Origin: a bacterium
Lineage (GTDB): Bacteria > Hinthialibacterota > Hinthialibacteria > Hinthialibacterales > Hinthialibacteraceae
Direction: 5' to 3'
DNA length: 14,710 nucleotides
Assembly (NCBI GenBank): GCA_963663405.2
Contig: CAXXSM010000168.1
Location: forward strand, 1 to 14,710
Position 1 is the stretch's first letter. The number at the start of each line of letters is the position of its first letter. Made by a program: the position numbers and the translations under genes. The notes under the pieces are model-generated. The model was not told the DNA's origin. It saw only the letters and a program-made list of their open reading frames with translations, and searched no databases. Below are positions 1 to 6,687 of the stretch, piece by piece.

Positions 1-217
1 TCCTGCCGGGCGATCCCAGGGCACATGCCGGGGACCGCTTAAGGCTGCTTCCTTTCGGACCTGACCTGGTTCACGAACCGGCATTGCATGGGACCCGGCG
101 CTCAACACTCCTTACGCAGCGCAGCCTCACAGCCGTACCCCTTGGAGGGGGAATTCAGCCCTGCTAAAGCGGGTTGCAGGTATAGGGCACCGCTAACTCC
201 CCGCCTAGCGCGCCCCC
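1..217 (-). ncRNA. ffs: Signal recognition particle RNA, large bacterial type with Alu domain; 3' end lies beyond the left edge
   Basis: Reverse complement contains the helix-8 signature CCAGGTCAGGTCCGAAAGGAAGCAGC (69->44). The 5' part GCGCTAGGCGGGGAGTTAGCGGTGCCCTATACCTGCAACCCGCT closely follows the Bacillus scRNA Alu domain. 5' end approximate. Confidence 0.96.
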
Positions 218-292
218 ATTCGAGTTCTGAATGGGTAATTCTTCGAGTTGCCGGATATTTCTTTACTATATTGTACGATCAACCGCCGCGTA

Positions 293-956
293 TTACTTCT
301 CTTCTTTTTCTTTTTCGGCGAGTTCTTGATACTTTTTCCACGGGAGAATTTCGGCTTTTTCAAGAATGACAGGTTTCACCGGGATATCCCGCTCTTTCGT
401 TTTTAACGTTCGCGATTTTATCCACAACAGGCATCCCAACGATCGTCTGGCCAAAGACTGTGTATTTCCCGTCGAGATGTTTGAAATATTCGCGTTTGTC
501 GTGGCAGATAAAAAACTGACTGCCCGCGCTGTTTGGATCACTGCTCCGGGCCATGGAGAGCGTGCCGGGAAGATGAGGCCGTTCGTTGAATTCCGCTTTG
601 ACCTTATAACCGGGCCCACCCATTCCCCACGCGCTTTCATTGTCTTTTTTCGTGTTGGGACAACCGCATTGAATCATAAAACCTTTGATGACGCGATGGA
701 ATTTAACTCCATCATAGAATTTTTCTCTCGTCAGTTTCTTGAAATTCTCAACATGCTTGGGTGCCACGTCCGGATAAAACTGCAGGACGATCGTTCCCAT
801 GGACGTATGGAGAACGGCGACTTCATCATCGGGCGAAATACCCACAACAGGATCGGTCATCACGTTTTCTTCTCCCGCGTTGGAGACAAGACCGAATCCG
901 CAGATCATCGCGGCGGCGCTTACGAACACCAGAGCGATTAAATATCTGTTTGTCAT
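293..956 (-). CDS. ppiA: Exported cyclophilin-type peptidyl-prolyl cis-trans isomerase. As written the ORF is 360..956; the natural C-terminus continues in another frame to TAA at 293 (about 220 aa if repaired)
   Basis: Cyclophilin motifs FYDGVKFHRVIKGFMIQCG, GTLSMAR, SAGSQFFI, HLDGKYTVFGQ; N-terminal hydrophobic signal peptide; RBS AGGAG at 969-965. The tail TKERDIPVKPVILEKAEI is in the frame of ORF 293..640. Gene symbol is by analogy to exported cyclophilins. Confidence 0.92.
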
Positions 957-1241
957 CGTATCGACTCCTGGAAATGATATTAATATTTATTGTACGGTTG
1001 AGATAAAAATCATATCTCACAAAGTGATTTATGGAACCTTAATCAAGCGTAAACAATCTACTCAAAGATTTTTATTCGAGCAAGTGTTCCAGACCAAGAA
1101 TGTTCTTTTCTTTTGAGAGGATGGAAGAGTGATAGGAACTTAAATGACGAATTATATCATTATTTTGTTTTCGACTTCTTTTCATTTCTTCTTAATTATT
1201 ATTGTATATTATGGATAGCTATCGCATGGAGGAATATGATA

Positions 1242-1454
1242 ATGCCGAAACGGTTTACGGTTATAGTAGAGGAAGGGCAGGATGGATTTCTGATTAGCGA
1301 GGTGGTTGGTCTTCCTGGATGTCATACACAAGCAAAATCGTATGATGAATTATTAGAGCGAACGAAAGAAGCGATCGCGTTCTATTTGGATTGCAAAGAA
1401 CCTTCTGAGTATTCACGTTTTGTCGGTCTGCAAGAGTTGGAAGTTGAGGTTTAG
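1242..1454 (+). CDS. hicB: HicB-family antitoxin, short 70-aa form without a C-terminal DNA-binding domain
   Basis: MPKRFTVIVEEGQDGFLISEVVGLPGCHTQAKSYDELLERTKEAIAFYL matches the HicB pattern (LPGCxTQ..EL...KEAI..YL). GGAGG at 1228-1232 favours ATG 1242 over the ORF-track start at 1113. hicA follows directly. Confidence 0.92.
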   Translation: MPKRFTVIVEEGQDGFLISEVVGLPGCHTQAKSYDELLERTKEAIAFYLDCKEPSEYSRFVGLQELEVEV

Positions 1455-1455
1455 C

Positions 1456-1683
1456 ATGTCGAAGTTTCCTCAAATTTCCTCTAAGGATCTCATACGGATT
1501 TTAGAGAAGATCGGATTTGTCTGTTAATGTCAACGTGGAAGCCATATGTTCTTTGAGCATTCTGATGGCAGGACAACGGTAATACCCATGCATCCGGGTG
1601 AGAAACTTGATCGTGGTCTACTTGTTAAGATTGTGAAGAAAGATTTAGGATTAGAACGAGACGAATTCCTTACCTATCTTTAG
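1456..1683 (+). pseudogene. hicA: HicA-family mRNA interferase toxin interrupted by an in-frame TAA at 1525-1527 (codon 24); absent from the ORF track
   Basis: Manual translation: MSKFPQISSKDLIRILEKIGFVC*CQRGSHMFFEHSDGRTTVIPMHPGEKLDRGLLVKIVKKDLGLERDEFLTYL*. Has the GF...xQxGSH and TxIPxH motifs; starts 1 nt after the hicB stop; GAGG at 1446-1449. Confidence 0.92.
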
Positions 1684-1707
1684 AATACAAGGGAGAATAT
1701 TAAAGTT

Positions 1708-1989
1708 TCATTTCCCAGTGGACTCTTTGTGCTTTTCTTCAGCAGTGGCGTTGATCTTTTCACGAACACAATTAAAAACTTCATCAGCCGGAATCCCAGG
1801 ACCGCTTTCTGCGCCTTTTCGAATTTCCTCACGCAGAGTTTCTAAGCGGATTTCTGCGATCCGGTCTCTTTCATCCAATAGGCGTAATGCTTCGCGCACG
1901 ACTTCGCTTGCTGAATTATACATACCGGAACTAACTTTTGTTTTGATCAATTCCTCAAGTTTTGGGGTTAAAGAAACATTGAGTATCAT
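1708..1989 (-). CDS. parD: ParD-like ribbon-helix-helix antitoxin (CC2985 type), 93 aa, with no intact cognate toxin in the window
   Basis: NVSLTPKLEELIKTKVSSGMYNSASEVVREALRLL...LREEIRKGAESG is the typical family pattern. GGAG at 2001-1998 supports ATG 1989 rather than 2094. Confidence 0.9.
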   Translation of the reverse strand: MILNVSLTPKLEELIKTKVSSGMYNSASEVVREALRLLDERDRIAEIRLETLREEIRKGAESGPGIPADEVFNCVREKINATAEEKHKESTGK

Positions 1990-2017
1990 GTGCTTATCTC
2001 CATAGATTTCCATATTC

Positions 2018-2045
2018 ATAATAATAGAATGTCTTGAATTGTCAA
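2018..2045 (-). promoter_or_regulatory. Putative sigma70 promoter of parD
   Basis: Minus-strand TTGACA (2045-2040), 16-nt spacer, TATTAT (2023-2018), just upstream of the RBS at 2001-1998. Confidence 0.65.
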
Positions 2046-2090
2046 TAATTGACAATCTTGGAGATTTGTCATGATGATTAAAATGACAAA
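2038..2090. promoter_or_regulatory. Two related inverted repeats, candidate protein-binding sites
   Basis: ATTGTCAAT-A-ATTGACAAT (2038-2056, perfect 9-1-9) and TTTGTCAT-N10-ATGACAAA (2065-2090, perfect 8-bp arms). Both use the TTGTCA/TGACAA half-site. Confidence 0.65.
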
Positions 2091-2245
2091 ACATAAGTTC
2101 CTCAATTTGAACATTGAAATAATACCCAAAATGATAATCTGACTCAAATCCTTTCTTTCAGTAGTTTTGTATCTACATCTCTATCTTTTGATAAATCAGT
2201 ATTCTAGATCAACGTGTCTCCTGTTGACGGTGATGTAATATTCAT

Positions 2246-2261
2246 TGGCACGAACTTGGCT
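2246..2261 (+). promoter_or_regulatory. Putative sigma54 (RpoN) -24/-12 promoter for the 1090-aa gene
   Basis: TGGCACGAACTTGGCT versus consensus TGGCACG-N4-TTGCW: one mismatch, exact GG-N10-GC spacing. The implied start near 2272 sits just upstream of RBS AAGGGGAGG (2281-2289) and GTG 2299. Confidence 0.7.
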
Positions 2262-2298
2262 ATTGGATGATTGAAACGCCAAGGGGAGGCCGCTAAGC

Positions 2299-5200
2299 GT
2301 GATGGTGATTCGTACTCGATCCATATTATTTTCATGTTTCATTATGCTGTCTGTCACTCCCTTTGCTCAAGCTGGGATTGAGCGGCTTCGACATGAGAAT
2401 ATTGAGGATTTTAATCATGCGTGGGGTTCGGGGAATTTTGAATTAAGCGCCGATGGGGCGCGCTCCCAGGGGATACAAGTTGAGTGGAATCCGCATCATT
2501 CTTCTTCCAGTTCAAAGCAGTATCATTCTTTTTCTTATAGCATAGAAATACTCGATTCCACATATCCGCCCTCGGTCTATCGTTTGAATCAGTTGCAGGA
2601 TGAAGAGAATTTCTCGGAATGGGGGGGACTTCCACAAGGGGATCGTTATTCGGAACTTATCTTCGCGCATGGATCTGTTTGGATCTGGGCCGCGAAGAAA
2701 GATCAATGGTCGCTTTACAAAGCGTCTTTATTAGGTAAGAAAGCTCTATGGCGTCAAGTATCCAATGAAACGTTTACAGGCGTCAAAGCATTTATTCTCA
2801 CTGTGGAAAGCGATCCGGTTCTTTTCATAAAAGAAGCAAAGACAGGAAAGGTGTTTTGCATACACGGCGCTTTTACCGGTGGAGGTGAATCCATCCACTG
2901 GGCTGCGCCGAAGCGTGTTTCCTCACTAGCCATGCATGCGGAAATCATGCGATCGCGTGAGTGTCTGCGTGATCCAGCGCTGTTTGGTGAATTCGACATC
3001 CAAGACAAAGGAGCTTTATTGGCGTTTTCTTATGATTTGCGAGGCGAAGATCCCGGACAGGTCCGCTACAGGATCTGTCCGGGATCGGATCAACCATATG
3101 GTTCATGGAGCGAACCGCTGGAAAGCGAGGCGGTTCAGTTGGATCGGAACGGGCGTTTTCTACAATATAAAATTCAATATCAACCGCGTTCTGAACCGGT
3201 TAAAACGTTGCCCCAATTGGTTTTGACCTATGAGACCAAGAAAGAAGACACATTCAATACCAATCCCAAGACGAGAATCTCCGGCGTTGTTGGTTTGATG
3301 GGAATGAATCTAAATTCGGCAGGGACATTGGATCTAGATGGAAATGAAGACGGAAACAGCGCCGCAGGATTATTAATGGATGATTCAAATTCACCAACCG
3401 GGTTTTTAAACGATAATTTGAATCGTGAGGATGCGAGTGGCGATAGTCAGGATAAAATCGATGGTTATCCCAATGAATTGTCGAGAAATGGTGATGAAAT
3501 TGAAAGTGAGAATAATGATCTTCTGCTACCTCCCGTAGAAAGTTCCTCCCAGAAAGAAAAAAAACATAATCAAGAGAATTTGGATCAGAAAGATTCAACA
3601 AATGAGAATCCAGCGCTTCCAACGCCGTTTTCTCCTTCCGATCCAAAATCGGAAGACAACGCGCTTCCAGATGATACACCAAGAAATGGATCTCCAGAAA
3701 AGAATGAATCTCCATCCGATAATACCAATGATCCAACCTTGGATTCACCAAATGATCCAGCGGCTCAGAAGAAACCTTCATCTCCATCGGATACCAATCC
3801 ATCTGATCTAGATCAATCTTCAAAAGAACCTGCAAAACTTACTGAACCATCAGCGGAGTCCGATGAGAAGCCTTTTGATAGGAATGAACCAGAATCCAAA
3901 CAAAGAAGTGAATCAGGAAGATCCAATAAACGGAGAGCCGATCCCTTTGAACCCACACCTCCAAACCGCGACCTTGATTCTAGTTCGTTCTCTGCAGGGA
4001 ATGTTTCCACTCCACTGAATACATCAAATGGAAACCAGTCAAACGCTGGGGCGCCGGATTCAAAAAATGGGAGTGGTTCAACTGGGAAACAGAATCAAAC
4101 ATCCAACAATTCAACGAGTAACCCAGCGGGGAAAGAGGGAGCAGGAACCGCTGGAAATAACAATCAGAATGTGAATGAAAATAATAGCGGCGGATCATCA
4201 CCGGGTGATTCAATGAGTCATCCTGAGGGTGTTGGAATATCCCTGTCTGTTCCGGATAGTGGTAGCGCTGAAAGTGTTGGGAATCCGGATGAGAAGGCGC
4301 GTCCGGGATTGAGTGGGCCTGTGTCCCAGGCTTTGCCGATTGGCTTGACTGGAATGATCGCTGGTTCCGGGGATATCAGCTTGGGAAACATGCGGAATGT
4401 CCTGGGAGGAAATGTTCTATTACCGAAGATCGATTCCGTCGGCGTTCGTGGAGGCTCTAACGGCCGGTCTGCGACGCATATCGTTTCCACGACGAAAAGT
4501 GTTTTTATGCCTGGATCGAGTTTATCTTTTTCCCGATTCGCAAGTAAACAAAAGAGAGGCTGGAACGGCTGGCCTGCGCTTGGATTCGTGGGCTTATTGT
4601 GGTTCTGCAAGCGGATAAAAAGAGATGACAACATAGATGAAGAATCTGAAGAGAATGAGGAGATTGAAATCCAAAGTTGTCTTCGCGCTGCTGATGATGA
4701 AATGGGTAAAGAACCGTGGAACCAAGTGTATCAATTAGAGCCGTGGATTCAGGCCGCCTGTCTGTGTGGGGACAATATCATCACACTTGCGGAGGATGGA
4801 ACGCTCAGTCAAGAGACATTTCTCTCTCAATCGCAAAATCCTCCTAAACGTATCGCATCCTTGAAGAGAGAATTATCCACACCGCAGTTGATCGCGGATG
4901 GAGACACATTATTTGTTTACGGAATGGATCGAAAAAAACGGCCGGTCATTCTATCCCACCGCCTGTCCAGCAATGGATCGTGGCGGGAAATTGCGCATCC
5001 AAAGGGAATCAAGAAAATCGAACGTCTTTACACGTCGGGAGGCTTTTTGTGGGCAACCGGCTCAGGTTGGAAAGGCGCCAAGATTTATAACGCGAAGATA
5101 GAAGACGCCGGCGTTGGATCGTGGAAACAGGTTCAGCCCGATATATTGACTCGAAAAAATCCCGTGCGGATCTCATCGGGGAAAGAGACACTGATCGCCG

Positions 5201-5571
5201 GCGCGCCTGCGCGCGATCCGGATTACGCATGGATTTACACGAGAAATGGCCGATCATCTTCGAAACATGAATGGAAACCCGCCGCGAAGATTTCCAATCG
5301 AACGGATGAGATCTTTTTCCATGCGGATTCGAAACGCTGTCTTCTGGCCGATCACAAGTCCGGCCGGAATGAGATTGAAGTCCATCTATTTTCGCGCGAT
5401 TCGAATGGGAAACTGGATCACCATTACATGAATCAATTTCCGGTTCCATTCCAGCGGAATATACTCGCGGGGGAATTCCAATCAGGCCGCTTGGATTTAA
5501 TCGGTTATTCAAATACAGGAGGGTTGGTTCTCTGTTCGGCGCGGATGAAAGATTTGCTGGACGCCTCGTGA
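2299..5571 (+). CDS. Large secreted or membrane-anchored hypothetical protein (1090 aa): signal peptide, beta-rich N-domain, long D/N/S/P-rich linker, short hydrophobic segment, propeller-like C-domain
   Basis: Long ORF with strong RBS; signal peptide ending AQA; low-complexity region at about residues 345-665; KQKRGWNGWPALGFVGLLWFCKRIKR at residues 750-775; Trp-terminated beta repeats. Confidence 0.85.
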   Translation: MMVIRTRSILFSCFIMLSVTPFAQAGIERLRHENIEDFNHAWGSGNFELSADGARSQGIQVEWNPHHSSSSSKQYHSFSYSIEILDSTYPPSVYRLNQLQDEENFSEWGGLPQGDRYSELIFAHGSVWIWAAKKDQWSLYKASLLGKKALWRQVSNETFTGVKAFILTVESDPVLFIKEAKTGKVFCIHGAFTGGGESIHWAAPKRVSSLAMHAEIMRSRECLRDPALFGEFDIQDKGALLAFSYDLRGEDPGQVRYRICPGSDQPYGSWSEPLESEAVQLDRNGRFLQYKIQYQPRSEPVKTLPQLVLTYETKKEDTFNTNPKTRISGVVGLMGMNLNSAGTLDLDGNEDGNSAAGLLMDDSNSPTGFLNDNLNREDASGDSQDKIDGYPNELSRNGDEIESENNDLLLPPVESSSQKEKKHNQENLDQKDSTNENPALPTPFSPSDPKSEDNALPDDTPRNGSPEKNESPSDNTNDPTLDSPNDPAAQKKPSSPSDTNPSDLDQSSKEPAKLTEPSAESDEKPFDRNEPESKQRSESGRSNKRRADPFEPTPPNRDLDSSSFSAGNVSTPLNTSNGNQSNAGAPDSKNGSGSTGKQNQTSNNSTSNPAGKEGAGTAGNNNQNVNENNSGGSSPGDSMSHPEGVGISLSVPDSGSAESVGNPDEKARPGLSGPVSQALPIGLTGMIAGSGDISLGNMRNVLGGNVLLPKIDSVGVRGGSNGRSATHIVSTTKSVFMPGSSLSFSRFASKQKRGWNGWPALGFVGLLWFCKRIKRDDNIDEESEENEEIEIQSCLRAADDEMGKEPWNQVYQLEPWIQAACLCGDNIITLAEDGTLSQETFLSQSQNPPKRIASLKRELSTPQLIADGDTLFVYGMDRKKRPVILSHRLSSNGSWREIAHPKGIKKIERLYTSGGFLWATGSGWKGAKIYNAKIEDAGVGSWKQVQPDILTRKNPVRISSGKETLIAGAPARDPDYAWIYTRNGRSSSKHEWKPAAKISNRTDEIFFHADSKRCLLADHKSGRNEIEVHLFSRDSNGKLDHHYMNQFPVPFQRNILAGEFQSGRLDLIGYSNTGGLVLCSARMKDLLDAS

Positions 5572-5583
5572 TAGAAATCCTTT

Positions 5584-6525
5584 TCAACCGTTTGATAGGG
5601 GGGAAGTTTGCTTACTCTTTTTTTTGATCGTATCGATCTTCTTTTCGCTATCTTCTTTCATTAATTTCTCGTATTCCTCTTTGAAGATTTCATCGGAAAC
5701 CGGCCGGAACCAGTTGGGAGCCACTTCAAGCGCACAAGAACAGAGGATGTGATAATCATAGGAGGTGGCGTCCATGCCGGGAATCTCTTCAGACGCTTTC
5801 AGCATTTTCTCGAGTTTCCCTTTCGCGACGGAAAAGAGGAGTAAAAAACTGGGTTTAAGTGTTGTATGATTGAGATGGTGGAAACATTGGAAATTCATTT
5901 CACTGTCTACACTGCCATATCCTTTCCATAAGATCGTTCCGTTTTCGCTGAGGACACTCGCTCCCACAGAAATTTTCAATTCATCTGTAGGGAAATCGAC
6001 CGATTCCCGCGCCAGGATTTTTCCCGTAACGGCGAAATAATATCCTCGTTCCTGCAGATTCACCGGGCCAAAGGCGATTTCGTCAAATACAAGGGGTTCG
6101 GCGTGAACCATAATCCGGGTTGTTTCAACGATTTCATCCGCCGGCGCCGAAAAGAGAAAAGTCTTATCTTTTGTTAAATCGATGAAGGGGAACATCATTA
6201 AGGAAGGATTATGATACGATTTTGAAGACGAGCCATCGGGCGAGGAGAAGATAATCCCCGCTTCTTTCGCGTTTTTCACGTATTGTTCCCGCAGTTTCAC
6301 GACCGAATCGAATTCACGAAACGGTCCTTGATAATCCCCGCCGATATTCACGAAATAACTTTTCCCGACTTGAATGTACACTTCACCCCGCGCACGTGCT
6401 TCTTTCACTTCCGCCTGTGTTTTGCATACGACAACCAAGTCTTTTGGATTGACCTCTTTGGCCTGAGACGAATACGCGAAAAAAACGCTAATACAGAAGA
6501 AAAAAACGAGAATTCCACTTCTCAT
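5584..6525 (-). CDS. Exported hypothetical protein (about 313 aa)
   Basis: Long ORF. RBS AGGGGA (6537-6532) precedes ATG 6525, giving signal peptide MRSGILVFFFCISVFFAYSSQA. No family recognised. Confidence 0.8.
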   Translation of the reverse strand: MRSGILVFFFCISVFFAYSSQAKEVNPKDLVVVCKTQAEVKEARARGEVYIQVGKSYFVNIGGDYQGPFREFDSVVKLREQYVKNAKEAGIIFSSPDGSSSKSYHNPSLMMFPFIDLTKDKTFLFSAPADEIVETTRIMVHAEPLVFDEIAFGPVNLQERGYYFAVTGKILARESVDFPTDELKISVGASVLSENGTILWKGYGSVDSEMNFQCFHHLNHTTLKPSFLLLFSVAKGKLEKMLKASEEIPGMDATSYDYHILCSCALEVAPNWFRPVSDEIFKEEYEKLMKEDSEKKIDTIKKKSKQTSPLSNG

Positions 6526-6687
6526 AATGGTTCCCCTATAGGAAAAAAAGATAATCCGGCTTTCATCTATCGCCATGTAAGGTAAGATAGCACAACTCCC
6601 ATTGGTTGACTATCATGGATGGAAAGGAACTGGAAACACTCGATTCTTTCCGTAAATTATACTATCTGTGGAGAAGAATGAAAAACA

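Noticed and set aside
88-369. 93-aa plus-strand ORF
   Set aside because: Antisense to the SRP RNA and the cyclophilin tail; no protein-like features.
293-640. 115-aa minus-strand ORF as an independent gene
   Set aside because: Only its last 35 or so codons look real, and they are the frameshifted cyclophilin C-terminus.
366-941. 191-aa plus-strand ORF, plus the 761..1006 and 799..1116 ORFs
   Set aside because: Antisense shadows of the cyclophilin gene with no recognisable motif.
1214-1223. Palindrome GATAGCTATC upstream of hicB as an operator
   Set aside because: Only 10 bp, and this short HicB lacks an evident DNA-binding domain.
1525-1527. TAA recoding or alternative genetic code to explain in-frame TAA in hicA and the parE stub
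   Set aside because: TAA ends the glycosyltransferase and the repaired cyclophilin at their natural family C-termini, and TAG and TGA also act as stops. The standard code fits.
1055-2148. Possible islet boundary repeats: AATCTACTCAAA (1055-1066) / AATCTGACTCAAA (2136-2148), and inverted AGGAACTTA (1134-1142) / TAAGTTCCT (2094-2102)
   Set aside because: Short or gapped matches in AT-rich DNA that do not extend, with no integrase or transposase nearby; not enough to call a mobile element.
3700-3810. Short DNA repeats (TCTCCATC.GAT, AATGATCCA)
   Set aside because: Explained by SPSD and NDP low-complexity coding; no regular repeat-spacer period, so not CRISPR.
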